Shown here: positions 13,301 through 26,320 of the stretch, in pieces
Layout: each line of letters starts with the position of its first letter
Position numbering within the stretch: the stretch's first letter is position 1
Assembly (NCBI GenBank): GCA_010909165.1
Contig: MU008161.1
Span: 1,860,001-1,924,000 of the forward strand
Origin: Anthoceros angustus
Lineage: Eukaryota; Plantae; Anthocerotophyta
Reading direction: 5' to 3'
DNA length: 64,000 nt
The notes under the pieces: model-generated
What the model was told of the DNA's origin: nothing
The model's input: the letters and a program-made list of their open reading frames with translations, nothing else
Databases searched by the model: none
Translations under genes and position numbers: made by a program

Positions 13301-14758
13301 CCTTGAAGAACAGTAGTCCTCCTCTTGGAAACAAGCTATGGATGGAGTTTAACTCCTTGGTCTCTAATGATACATGGATCCTTGTTGATCCACCACAAGG
13401 ACAGAACATCGTGGGGACCAAGTGGGTACTCAGGAAGAAGCATAACGCTGATGGCTCCTTGGCTAGATTTAAAGCCAGACTGGTTGCAAGAGGATTCACC
13501 CAAGAAAGGCGCTTGACTACGTGAGTCTAACATCTTGATCCGTAGTAAAACTTACATCTCTTCGTGTGATGCTGGCCTTAGGCTGCTTTGCATGGTCTCT
13601 TTATCCATCAACTAGATGTGGAGGCCGCCTTTCTACATGGCATCTTAAAGGAAGAGATTTACGTTCAACAACCTCTCGGATATGAGGTATCGTGTCAAGA
13701 GAACAAGGTTTGCCTTAAGAAAACACTTTATGGATTGAAGCAATCTCAGAGGCGGTATGAGCGTCTTCTACGGTATTTACTTAGCCTGGGCTATGCTAAA
13801 TGCTCTGTTGATTCCGTGTTTCACGAGAACAGAGGAAATCATATGCTGATGATGGGCCTTTACGTTGACGATCTGATCATGGTATCTAATGATGAGAAGT
13901 ATTTATCTGAATGCAAGTCTGACCTTCGTAAGGAATTCAAAATGACAGATAATGGGAGTATGACTTATTGTCTCGGCATTCAGGTGATTCAAGATCTGTC
14001 TGATCAGAGTGTCACTTTACATCAGAGTACATACATCTCTAATTTGCTATCCAAGTATCAAATGTCAAATTGTGCCTCTCAAACCGTGCTTAGTAAAACA
14101 ATGTCACCTCGTCAACTTGCAGATGCAATTAATTCCTTATGCAGCGTGGTAGTGTCGATCTAGCCCAATACACTGTAGATGTAGCTTTGTCCGAATGGAC
14201 ATCTCTCTGCCTATCTAATCGTAAGTTTATCGCCAAAAGAGTTTGAGATATCTCCAACGTCAAAACCCGTGGAATACGACAAAGGAGGTTGAATGCCCAA
14301 AACAAGCTTATTGGGTGGTTGGCGGGCTGGAGATCGACACCGAAATCCACCGGTGGTTATGTGTTTATCCTTGCGGGGCGTAGCTGGAAATCAAGAAAGA
14401 CATCAATAGCTTTGAGTTCATTTGAGTCCGAATATTGCGTATTACGCGCCAAGGAGGGACCGTGGCTTGCGGCTCACTTAAAGACCTTGGGTATCCACAT
14501 GATGGACTGTGGAGCTCATGTGTGATAACCGCAACCATCGCTCTCCCGAGACATGAGGTTTCATGAGCGTTCTAAGCACATCACGATATCACTTTCTCCG
14601 TGCTAAGGTGGAATCGAGAATTGCTACTCACGTATGTTCCACGAAGACCAACTTCGACATTCTAACGAAGCCCCTCGGCAAGATCAAGCCGCGAAGCTTT
14701 TGTTCATTGTTAGGCCTTGTAGATTTGTGAAGTGTTCAGATCATTTAGCTTCAAGGGG

Positions 14759-14942
14759 TGTGTGAAAGTGGTTTCCTTTTATGAAGCCATACGATGACGA
14801 GCAGGCGCTGGAACACCGATCCGAACAGACACACCGTTTCATGTTGAGGCATTCTTAATGCCTCCTCACACTCAATCAAATCACTCTCAAAAAAGTCTTC
14901 TCACAATTTTTCATCTCCAGAGCCCTCCATGTTTTAATCACA
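14759..14942 (+). repeat. 3' LTR of Copia A
   Basis: Preceded by the PPT; matches 10200-10360. Confidence 0.9.
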
Positions 14943-15694
14943 GTAGGCCACACCGAAACAACAAACCGAACACTACCAATACCAAAGCCGGCAGTTAGGC
15001 TAGAATAGCTTGAATGTGCCAGCCCGTGACCGTCGCAGCCTTCGCCTGTAATGTAGATACTGCTAGCCCGTTTTCCCAGTGACGGTCGCCACAATGCATA
15101 TACCAAGAAATTCGGAGCACATCCAAAGAGGAATCCCAGTGACTATGTGCAGGATCCCGTGGTGATGGCAACCCGTGGCCAGATGGTGCCGGTGGTAGCC
15201 TGTAAGGGCGGATGCGGCCGATGGCGGCGTGGGCACATCACGCGATGGCCGCCGGTCGCGATGGCGGCCCGTGGCGAGTCGATGGCGGCGTGGCGAGGGG
15301 CGCGGTGGCGCCCACGATCTGGCCACAAATGTGGCCGGCGAGCCCCGCCCAATGGATAAGATCGCGGTACCTGTCATAAAACTTCGCCACCAATGCCAAT
15401 AGATAGTAGCAGCACCCTGTCACTAAATACACGCCCATCCGATGCTAGAAGTTGGACCGGCAGAATGTAGGCATCACAGTTTGATGAGGAATTCGGGATG
15501 CAGACATCGCACGCAAGCAGGAGGCATTCTATGAATTCTGAAGGAGATTTGAACAAGAGCCCCGCCTTGCAATCGGATTACGCACATTCGCAGCCTCTTG
15601 GAGGAGAAGTGCGAGCCACCCGTCCGTCTTCCTGATATCGCAGTGCCGCGACGTGCAAAGCCTTCGTTGGGAGGCCGCTTAGGTTCCCTGCACC

Positions 15695-15766
15695 GCCAGA
15701 GCTACGTAAACCACCTTTGCCAGAGCTTCGTAATCCACCTCTGCCCGAGCTTCGTAATCCACCTCC
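15695..15766 (+). repeat. 24-bp tandem repeat x3
   Basis: gcc(a/c)gagct(a/t)cgtaa(a/t)ccacct.. at 15695, 15719, 15743. Confidence 0.9.
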
Positions 15767-15918
15767 CTAAGCAGCTTAGGCTCCCAATTGTTCCTCATAA
15801 TATGAGGTTGCCCTCCGAAACCCCCGCGGGGCTGGGTAATGGGGACAGGAAGCCCTCAGGGGCCCTGACCACTGCATGACCTCGCCATGGGCATCGTCCA
15901 GTCTTCCGTCATCACCAT

Positions 15919-16001
15919 GGCCGCCATGGCCAACTCCAAGGCCGCCATGGCCAACTCCAAGGCCGCCATGGCCAACTCCAAGGCCGCCATGGCCAACTCC
16001 A
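15919..16001 (+). repeat. 21-bp tandem repeat x4
   Basis: ggccgccatggccaactccaa at 15919, 15940, 15961, 15982. Confidence 0.95.
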
Positions 16002-17512
16002 TTTAAATAACTCTCTATAAATTTCTTCATCGAGATCACCATTCAAAAAGCAATCTTCACATCCATATGACACATTTCAATATTGAAGAAAGCAACCAAA
16101 GTAAATAAAACACAATCAAAAAGAAATTTCACAATGGGCGAGAAAGTCTGCTTATAACCAACATCTTCAACTTGTGAATATCTCTCAAAAACCAGTCGAG
16201 CTTTATGACATTCCATGCACCCATCAGCATTGTATTTTATTTTAAGTACCCACTTGCAACCAACCGTTTTCCGACCTTAAGGAAGTGGAGCAAGCTTTCA
16301 TGTTCCATTTTGCAATGGTGAGTTTTACTCGCCAAAAGAAGAGCAACGACATCCTCAGTTTCATAAAATTCTAGTTGTCGACGAGCAGGAATATGTAACT
16401 GCGAAGAACGACGAACTACATGTTGTGGCCAACCCAAATTATACTAGAAGAGCCCTAGCAGAACCCTGTGAAATATTGGGAGACGCACAAGGAATTTTAT
16501 CTGCAAATATATTATGAGAATTTGAAAGATATGGTGTGACTACTTCATCAACAACGTATGCGTCCACACCATGATCATTATGAAGATCATCTTGAACATC
16601 ATTCATAGTATCATGAAATAAGTAATCGATTTGAGGGTAACAAAGAAGGAAATTGTTCAAAAATAAGATTATGATCACTGAGAAGAGGCAACCGAATCTT
16701 TTCAAGACAAATCTTCACTTAAAAAATCATCTCAACTTGAAATTATTTGTCGAGTACTATGATCAAACAAACGACAACCCATAGAATTCTCACAATATCC
16801 ACCAAAAATACACTTAATAGTTAGCTGATCTTTTCTCTTTTGGAATATGAGCAAAAGCTACACATCCGAAAGCACGCAAAAGTGTGAATAAGGAGGAACC
16901 TCACTAGTCCACAATACCTTGGGAGTTAGCTACATAAGAACATCAGAAACAACCCTATTCATGAGATAAGCAGCTATGCGAACCACTTCAACCCAAAAAT
17001 TTGATTGGAGCCAAACTCATATGAAACAACATACAACGACCAACACCAACAAGAAATTTATTTTGTATTTCTACATGACCATTTTATTGTGGTGAGTAAG
17101 ATATACCAGATATTGTTGAATACCAAAAGAAGATAAATAATTCCGAAATTCCTTTAAAGTATATTCACCACCATTATCTTTTAAGCAATTGACTAGTAAG
17201 ATGCTTAAAAAAATATTTAAAAAGTTTGAAAACTTCAAACACATGAGATCAATCATGTAAGAAATATATTTGAACCCGTAGGGGGAAATCATCTAGAAAA
17301 GAAACAAAATAACGAAAACCAGAAAGCCCAGAATACTTAAAAGGTCTACGAGCATCAGAGCAAACAAGACCAAGTGGAATAGAAACTCGAGACTTAGGAT
17401 GAACTGGTCAACCTTTCCAACGATGTTTAGCATATATACAATCAAAACAAACAGAAGCAACTATCGAGGGAGGTATGTGAAGACCATAGTAATGAGCTGT
17501 TTGAAGAATCTT
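16002..17512 (-). mobile_element. Decayed internal Copia fragment B (integrase to partial RT)
   Basis: Minus-strand remnants DNGGEYTLKEF, FGC..FAHIPK, GKRLV..KWVLKIKY, AFLNGDLDEE; homologous to 43390-46284. Confidence 0.85.
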
Positions 17513-17659
17513 CCGTGAGCGCACAGACCCTAACGATAATTACTTCCTTCGCGAAGAGACTTAATATAATTTTATGTTTCACACTTGTTAATGCTGTTCT
17601 CAATTTGTCTAGCGGTTTCGGCTCTCGTGAGTGTGAGGTTTATGACCCCAAGCTTTCCT

Positions 17660-17925
17660 ATTTTTCGGCTGTTGCAAGCTTTTAGGGTGCACAGAAATGT
17701 AGCCTATGTGGGCATGATTCCCTCTGCCTTCATCTGAGAAAAAGGCTGCATAGCTCTCACCTTGCCTTTTGCACGGCCTCCACCCCCGCACCGGTTTTTC
17801 TTTGGGCTGATGCAAACTTTTAGGATGCACAGAAACGTAGCCTTCGTGGGCATCATGCCAGGCTCTGCCTTCATCTGAGAGTAAAATAGCATAGCCCTTT
17901 GTAATGCCTCCTCCTCGTGAAACAA
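17660..17925 (-). pseudogene. Two tandem PLS-type PPR motif fragments
   Basis: EEAL....FYSQMKAEPGMMPTKATFLCILKVC and FSQMKAEGIMPT*ATFLCTLKAC, period about 125 nt. Confidence 0.7.
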
Positions 17926-17962
17926 GTCCCAGGAATCTTGCAGCTAGAGCTAATTCTCACAA

Positions 17963-18083
17963 ATCATGCTCAATGAATCAGTCTTGGGGGTTCAAGGCAG
18001 CCTCTCCTCTCCTCACCTTAAGTTTCCAGCCCCTAGTTCTAACTAATCATGCTCAATGAATCAGTCTTGGGGGTTCAAGGCAA
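17963..18083 (+). repeat. 38-bp direct repeat x2
   Basis: aatcatgctcaatgaatcagtcttgggggttcaaggca occurs twice. Confidence 0.9.
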
Positions 18084-18173
18084 TCTCCTTACCTTAAATT
18101 TCCAACCCAAGTCACAATCGATGTTGCAAATTTCATGCTGGTGATGAGAGGCCCACAATGTTTCGAAAAGAGT

Positions 18174-18589
18174 TGAGCCTTTATAGAGAGGGAACACAAC
18201 ATTCCCATACAATATGGGTTATATGCACTAGGCACACTAGATACTAGCACACAAGCACACAAGAACACTTGCATATACCACACCCCACATGTAGGTGGGC
18301 TTGGCCTTATATAGTCCTAGCCTTGAATCCTACTGGTCACTTGACCTTGAATCCTACTGGTCACTTGACCTTGAATCCTATTGGTTACTTGACCTTGAGT
18401 CTTATTGGTCACTTGACCTTGAATCCTTCTTGTCACTTGACTTGCCCTTTACTTTTGGGCTTTCTAGAAGATACTTTCTAGAAGATGCATGACTTTCAAG
18501 TTTGTTATTTTTAGGGCACTCTTTATAACCTGCTTTTAGAGCACTCTTCATAACATATTTTGATATGTTGTAATAAATCACTTCTAACA
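18174..18589 (-). repeat. 3' LTR of Copia C, with a 24-bp repeat x5 (18321-18440)
   Basis: Matches 31011-31404; unit ccttgaatcctactggtcacttga. Confidence 0.9.
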
Positions 18590-21500
18590 CTCCCACTCAA
18601 CATATCAAAATTATTCTCTTAGGCCTAGCATCTTGCTAAATCTAGCATGTTTGTCTAAAGTTAAGGCTTGGTCAAAATATCTGCCGGCATGTCTCATGTT
18701 AGACAATACTATAGCTTTACCTCTTTTGACTTTACCTTCTCTCTTATAAAGTGATGTTTCACTTTGATGTTCTTGGCTAAGAAGATGCAACCTTGATTGT
18801 CGTTGAAGATTGTTGTTGCTTCCTTTTGCTTGAATCCCATCTCCTCTAGCAAGTTACGCAACCATATCGCCTCCATGATCAGAGCATGTTGCCATATATT
18901 CGCTCAGAGAGGATAGAGCCAGAGGTTGTCTCCTACTATTCCAAGAAATGGCTCCCCATTCGCATAACGCATATCCAATGAGACAGCGACTATCAACATC
19001 TCCCCGCCTCCGAATCACAATATCCTACCACTCGGACTTCACGATGCTCTGTTGATACACCAAATTCCAATGCTTTGTACCACTCAAGTACCTCATTATC
19101 CTCTTCACGGCTTGAAACTGTTGTCCGTGGTTAGCCATAAATTGACTTGCAACTCCCTCTCGCAATGTCGCCTTGTCCTGTAGATAAATAGGTGAGGCAT
19201 CCAACAACGATAGAGAGTTTTATCTACCTTCTCCTTCTCTTCTTGATTGTAGGACTCATCTCCTTTGAGAGCTTCTCATTAAGCACCATTGGTGTCTTCT
19301 GTGCTTGCACTTGCATTCCAAAGCGCTTTAAGACATTCTCAACATATGTCCTTTGGCTCAAAGAGATCTTCTTGTTAGCCCTATCTCTCATTACTTCTAT
19401 CCCTAGAAAGTAATGAAGTTCACCTAGATCCCTCATATCAAAACTATCATTAAGACTCTTCTTCATACTGTCTAAGAGTTCCAAATCATTGCAAACAAGG
19501 AGTTCTTCCAAGCTAGAGGTTTCAAGAAAACCAATGGAGATTAGAACATCTATGTGAAGAGAGTGCGAGAGTCCATAATGAATAACATACCAAGTAAGTG
19601 CAAATTGCTTAAGACCATGTATATCCCTTCCCCACCAGCCTTGCCTTGTATCGCTCTATGCTCCCATCAGCCTTGTGCTTGATCTTGAACACCCATTTGG
19701 ATCCTATGCACTTCCTTCCTTGGGGTAGAGGAGTGATTTCCCAAGTCTTGTTCTTAATAAGTGAGTTATACTCACTATCCAGGGCTTCTTTCCACTCCTT
19801 CGCCGCCCTTCCAAGGCTTCCTTCTGCTTATGCCTCAAAGATATGCCAACATAGCCTCTTCAGACTTGCATGCATTCATGGACTCCCAAATTTTTATGGT
19901 TTCCATCATTGTTTATCTCGATCCGGGTCAGCCTCCTCTTGACTCTTTGATCTCGCCTTCATCATCCTCGATATCCGGGCTTCCACCTTCTATCACCTTG
20001 TGGTAGAGGTTGCATGCTCAGAAGTTGAGCATGCTCAAGAGTAGGTTGCTCAAGAACCAAGTCTTGTGCTTCTTCACGCCCTTCAACTCCTTGATGACAA
20101 CTTGCGTTGCTCCCACTCCTTTGTTAGGTTCACTTCATGAAAAACAACATCCCTACTGAAAATGATTTTCTTGGTTGTAGGGTTGTATAATCTATACCCC
20201 TTTACCTCATTGAAGTATCCAAGCATGATGCACTGGATGCCTTTAGGATCCCACTTGATTCGGTTTTGCTTTGGTACATGAGCATAAACCTCAAAACAAA
20301 AGATCCTAAAATGACTCACGTTAGGTTTGACACCAGACCATGCTTCCTCCGAAGTCATTCCAGGTACAACCTTGGTTGGAACTCTATTCAAAACATAAGT
20401 TGCTATAGCAACAGCCTCTCCCCAAAAACGTACCTCCAACCCACTTTGATGGAGCATGCACTTCGCCGCCTCCACTAGACTCCTTAGCTTGCGCTCCGCC
20501 ACTCCATTTTGCTCCCAGATGAGGAATTGTTAGTTGCCTCCGAATGCCATGCTCCTTGCAAAAGCTTTTGAATTGAGAAGAGATGTATTCTCCTCCATTG
20601 TCACTCCTAAGTGTCTTGAGGCATTCTGGGTGCAAGCACGGTTAGGTAGACCTCATTATGTGGGGACGGACGCAACGTGGAAATATGTCCACATGTGGAC
20701 ATATTTACCTTCCAAAAACTCTCCTCGCTAGAATAATGATCGAAGTGATTCAAGTTTTTTTCCCAAAACTAAGAGCATGGCAACAAGTCCACAAAGAAAT
20801 GCTCGATCTTAAGGATATGATTTTGCATTTGGTATTTAATTATTTGATCATGGATGGACAAGTGAGCTTTGGATACAAAAGTGAGCACAAGACACACAAC
20901 CCAAGCTCATTTGAATTTCAAACGCAAACCGTCAACTGAACACAGAACACTAAAAGTGAGTCTTTGTCACACTGAAGTTGGAACTTGTTCAAATTTCAAA
21001 GTTTGGAATAAGCGGAATTTCAAAGTTGTACCGCAATTTCAAGAGCGTCAAGTGAACATGGAACACCGAAAGTGAAGCATGGTCACAAACAAGAGTAAAC
21101 TTGTTTGTATTTCAAAGTTTTGTCTAAGCGGATTTTCAAAAGATGGTAAGTACCCATGTTGGTGCGGCACTTGTCACCAATGAGAGCATAACGCCATCTT
21201 CACGCTGCGAGACCTTTCACCACTGCTTTGCGCTTGAGGCGCTCGGTGCCTGTGTGAACCATGTGCCCGATCTTGTGAGCTGCGAGAGGAGGAGGCGGGA
21301 AGGGAGCCCGTCGGCGGCAAGGGAATTGAATGGCTCCAGCAGCCTCCCTCTCGGGTGCACTTAGGAAAAGCAAAACACGCACTGGAAGCGCCGGTGGAGG
21401 GAAAAGCAAATTCGAGTTGCATCTTTGCGTGTGGAAGATGGAGCATCTTTGTGCGTAGCGGATGTTAGGCAAGAGGCGGGGAGCCCTTCGCATGGAGGAG

Positions 21501-22259
21501 GATTGTCACGGTGATAATCATACGGCGGAGGGTGGGTGTGAGGCTTCTCCGGATCGAAGAACCCTCAATGAGTGAGGAGGGAACTAGTCTACGAGGGCAA
21601 CAAAGACCAGTCCTCTTTCATCCACAGGCGGTCAAGGCGATTGGTACGGCAAAGGGGCGGATCTCACCCAGTCGTGATGGGGCCTGTGATGCACAATGTG
21701 GGCGTATTGCTCGAGAACTTGGCCACGTTTTCGGTTGTAGAACTGCCCACTTCAATTCGATAGCAAGGCTAAGGTGTTAGATGCTTTTTCCGGGCTTCGT
21801 GGCCTCAAGGAATTCTTCCGCTTCGTAGGGGTGAAGGCTCGAAGCCACATCCTCGCTCAAACATCGGCCATGAAAAGCTGGAGTGTACAAGCGTCGATCA
21901 CTTGAAGGCAAGACAAACCTTTATGAATATTGTGCTAACTAACGACGTGAGGCAAGCAATGGAGCCCGCCTTGGGCCGAGTCCTTGGGGTCAAGAGCGAG
22001 TTGTGGCACGCCATCTTCAAACCCGCGATTTTGCAAAGTGCACGAGGAGGCGGGTGTGGTGGGGACGGAAGGCTCGTTCGATTGTTTGCCCCAAGGGGTT
22101 AAGGCTTTTGCAATTTTGGGAGTCGGCCAAGGCCTTCCTCCAACTCCAAGGATGCGAGGCGGCTGGTGGCTCCTCTTGTCTTCCGCACGCACATCATCCA
22201 TTTCCTAGATACCTCTCGTGATCTGGGCCCACGCACTTTCTTTGCTTCCATCGGCGCGC

Positions 22260-23960
22260 ACACCGCCACCGGTGGTGAGCGCTCTCTGCCCAAAGGTGCT
22301 AGTCTATTCTTGCAATTGAACACCGCCACTAACCCTTTAACTTGTTTCACAAGCCTGGGATCATCACTATATGTGATGTAGTAGCTGTCACGCCACCGCA
22401 TGTTCGAGTTTCCTCCGTGGGCCGCTTGACCGCTTCATCTCTTTGCTTGCGCCATGCTTGCCCTGCTCTTGTTTAGTTGTTTTGCTCGGTCATTTGCCTG
22501 TGCTCGATCATTTGCTCGCTCCATGGTCATTTGCCTGCTATTGCTCATTTTCTCGCTCCGTGTCATTTGTACTGCACGCTCATTTGCTCGCCTTGTCATT
22601 TGCTCGCTCCTTGTCATTTGCTGCTCATTTGCCTGCTATTGCTCATTTGCCTGCTATTGCTCATTTGCTCGCTCCTTCTCTCGCTCGCTCCTCGGTCATT
22701 TGCTCGCTCATTTGCCTGTGCTCGATCATTGGCCCGGCTCCCGCCTTTGCCATGGCTATCGATCATTTGCTCGCAATGTTCATTTGAGCTCAGTTCACGC
22801 AATTTCTCTTTGCTTCCATGCGCTGCGCCATTGGTGGTGAGCGTCTCCTTGCCAGTGCAAGCTAGTCTATTCTTGCAATTGAACACCGCCACTAACCCTT
22901 TAACTTGTTTCACAAGCCCGTCGGGATCATCACTATATGTTGACAGTAGCTTGCCGTGCTACTGTCCTCTGCATGTTCGAGTTTCCTCCGTGGGCCGCTT
23001 GACCGCTTCATCTCTTTGCTTGCGCCATGCTTGCCCACAGCTCTTGTTTAGTTGCTCTTGCTCGGTCATTTGCCGGGCTCGATCATTGCTCGCTCCATGG
23101 TCATTTGCCGCTATTGCTCATTTTCTCGGCTCCGGTCATTTGTGCTCATTTTCTCGCTCCTTCTCTCGCTCCTTGTCATTTGCTCGCTCCTTGTCATTTG
23201 CTCGGCTCCGGTCATTTGCAGCTGTGCTCATTTGCTCGCTCCTTCTCATTCGCTCGGCTCTGGTCGGGTTCCAGCTCTGCTCATTTGCCCCGGCTCCCGA
23301 TCATTTGGCACGGCTCCGCTCATTTGCTGGCTCCCGATCATTTGCTCTCGTGCAATGTTCATTTCTTGTAGCTCAGTTCACGCAATTTCTTTCTTTGCTT
23401 CCATGCGCTGCGCCATTGGTGGTGAGCGTCTCCTTGCCAGTGCAAGCTAGTCTATTCTTGCAATTGAACACCGCCACTAACCCTTTAACTTGTTTCACAA
23501 GCCCGTCGGGATCATCACTATATGTTGACAGTAGCTTGCCGTGCTACTGTCCTCTGCATGTTCGAGTTTCCTCCGTGGGCCGCTTGACCGCTTCATCTCT
23601 TTGCTTGCGCCATGCTTGCCACAGCTCTTGTTTAGTTGCTCTTGCTCTCGGTCATTTGCCGGGCTCGATCATTGCTCGCTCCATGGTCATTTGCCTGCTA
23701 TTGCTCATTTTCTCGCTCCGGTCATTTGTGCTCGATCATTTGCTCGCCTTGTCATTTGCTCGCTCCTTGTCATTTGCTGCTCCTTGTCATTTGCTCCTTG
23801 TCATTTGCCTGCTATTGCTCATTTGCTGGCTCCTTCTCATTCGCCTGGCTCGGTCGGGTTCCCTGCTCGCTCATTTGCCACAGCTCGATCATTTGCTCGC
23901 TCATTTGCCTGTGCTCGATCATTTGCTCTCGTGCAATGTTCATTTGTAGCTCAGTTCACT
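22260..23960 (+). repeat. Three blocks of about 560-590 bp, each an anchor plus an A-poor TCATTTGCTCGC-type minisatellite
   Basis: Anchor ggtggtgagcg...gctagtctattcttgcaattgaacaccgccactaaccctttaac at about 22270, 22834, 23419. Confidence 0.92.
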
Positions 23961-23999
23961 CGAGGATATACAAGGCTCACACTTTGTGAGTGGGGCACT

Positions 24000-26320
24000 T
24001 CATGTGGCTCTGTGTCCTTTGTGCACGCCCACTCTATCTACTTTGTTTGGTCACATCTTGGTGTCCTTTTAGAGGAGATGTTACGAGCATACATTGTCGT
24101 GAGTGATGTGCGGAGTTTTTGCGCTTTTCAAAAGGAGAATCCGGATATCAAGATTGGCCAACGAGCATTCGGCTGAAGCCCTTCTTCATCAAATCCGCAA
24201 GAGAGAAATGTCATTGTTGCGGTACCATGTCGAGATGGCATTTTGAAAGAGGCCTGCACGCTCTGCGTGCCCATCAAAGGTGCACCTCGTGTGCACGTGT
24301 ACACTGGGGTGTGTGGAGAGGAACCCGAGGAGGGGACAAGTGCCACGCGATCGGAGATGTTTTCATCCGTCCGAGAGATGGTGCACTGCTTTATGCCCTA
24401 GAGCACCGGATGAGGATGCATAGGCGAAAATGTTTGCTTGGTAAATCACGCTGGAGTTTCCAAGTGGCCCTCTGTCCTAAGGAGGTTTCACAAGCATTTT
24501 GCCGGAGATGAAGTCAAGTGGCGGTGCTTGAATATCGGAAGGTGGGAGTGAATGAGGACGGAACCTCCAAGTCGAGAATAAAGCTAGTTCTGAAACCCAT
24601 CCGTCGATGATTGAATTTCTTAAGGATAAATTGATCGCTTTCATTTCACATGACTACGTCCAAGATGGCAAGCCACAGGTTTGAAGTGCATTGATTGGTT
24701 TCGAGGATGTGATAGTTTATTATGGACTTTTCGCGAACTATGCTTTTCAAGTTCGAATGAGATACAATCAATGCAATCGCATAGTGATCAAGTTACTATT
24801 CTAGTTCATGTTACATATATGCGGATGGGGCGGTGGTGGAGGAGGACCCTGTAATGTTCAAGTTTTACCACTTTTACATTAGTGATGACATGCAGCATGA
24901 CACTCTCTTTGTCCGGCATGCCCTTATGCTACATTGGGACTGGCTACTGTCAAATGGATACAAGAGTCCACGAGAGCATTGGATGTGGTGGATGGTGCGG
25001 CTTGATTTAAGGCTTGCAGGCCAAGCTATTTTGTGGCGAGGTACCCAAGTCTAACCGGAGGATGCGAGAATCTTTGTGGAGCTATTTTGGGTCGAGCCAC
25101 GGAAAGGGGAGCACGAGGCGGTGCCATATTAAAGAGGGCACTACGTCAAGAGTCACCTTCATCGACGAGGTCGCAGAGCCGCGGATGTTGTCGACTTCTG
25201 CGGTCCAAGATATCCAATGGGGCTGCATCCTCCTATGCAAGTGGAGAAAGGCAAAAGGGTTTTTGGTTGGTGGGAAAGAATGAAGTCAACCGCGGCAGGT
25301 GGGGTGCACCAATCCCGGGTTCTAAAGGCATGCATATATGGTGACTCGGATGCAACTAACCCTCGGCTCAAGATGCGGCATCTTGCGTTTTTTGCCGTGT
25401 GCATGGACAGGACCATGGAGCATGTGAGACAGTGCCCTATACAGCATATGGCATTGATTCGAGGCCGACAAGAGAGAGGACGTTGGTCCCACGCCAAGCA
25501 TCGCACCATTGTCGCTACATGGTCCAGATGGGCCACCCGATCCTGCTAATGGTGTTGCTAGTGAAGATGTCTCAAATTGCACCTCTTGGAGCTTGGAGAC
25601 AACTTTGTGGTGCGTGCATCCTCCTATGCAAGTGGAGAAAGGCAGTGCAAAGGGTTTTTGGTTGGTGGGAAAGAATGAAGTCAACCGCTGGGGTGTGCAC
25701 CAATCCGGGTTCTAAAGGCATGCACATATATGGTGACTCTGGATGCAACCAACCCTCGGCTCAAGATGCGGCATCTTGCGTGTTTTATCTTTATGTGCAT
25801 GGGGCGGTGACCATGGAGCATGTGAGATGCCCTATACAGCATATGGCATCTGGCCATTCGAGGCCGACAAGAGAGAGGACGTTCAATTCGACCAGACCGC
25901 ACCATTGTCGCTACATGCGGTTGGTCCAGATGGGCCACCGATCCCGCCGCTAATGGTGTTGCTAGTGAAGATGTCTCAAATTGCACCTCTTGGAGCTTGG
26001 AGACAACTTTGGTGCGTGCAAGATCCTGTGGACGAAGGTTCAACTTTTATTTGGCAAAGTGCACTGGTGTGCATGTGACCACGGAGCATTACTCCCCTCG
26101 AGGACAAAATTTCCTCCTGTGGGATAAGGTGGTTGTGGGCCAAGATTACCCGGGTTGAGCCGGATGGTTGTGTGTACACTTTGGATCATGAGGTCATGGA
26201 GGTCACCCTTCTTTCATCCCACGTGGAGACCGCAAGTTCCCACTTTTGGAACGCGTGGAAGGAGGCCGATTAGTGTATGTGCTTGACTCGGACACGGCCG
26301 AGTCCTTTAAGGAGCTTGTG
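24000..26320 (+). pseudogene. Sola2-like transposase, frameshifted
   Basis: Cross-frame motifs MDF(A)ENYAFQV.NEIQSM..HSDQVTILVH, HFYISDDMQHDTLFV, WMW(S)DGAA..FK, WSYFGSSHGKGEH(D)GAGAILKR. This is the DF(A/S)ENY / SDG / HGKGxxDG pattern I associate with Sola2. Confidence 0.72.

Larger units (their letters stand above)
10200..14942 (+). mobile_element. Full-length Ty1/Copia LTR retrotransposon A (frameshifted gag-pol)
   Basis: LTRs TG...CA at 10200-10360 and 14759-14942; PBS tggtatc(a)gagc 10361-10371; PPT aagggg 14753-14758; flanks ttagg/gtagg (4/5 TSD). Gag, protease (WLLDSGATEHM), integrase (LWHLRLAH, VHADLCGP, TDNAGE), RT (GTKWVLRKK, LDVEAAFLHG, LYVDDL) and RNase H are present in Copia order. 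Confidence 0.93.

Noticed and set aside
18321-18440. 24-bp and 67-bp arrays as possible CRISPR arrays
   Set aside because: The units are contiguous with no unique spacers, there are no cas genes, and the context is a eukaryotic LTR.
22477-23949. 490-aa ORF and overlapping ORFs
   Set aside because: The plus strand is an A-poor minisatellite, so stop codons are simply rare; the translation is low-complexity.
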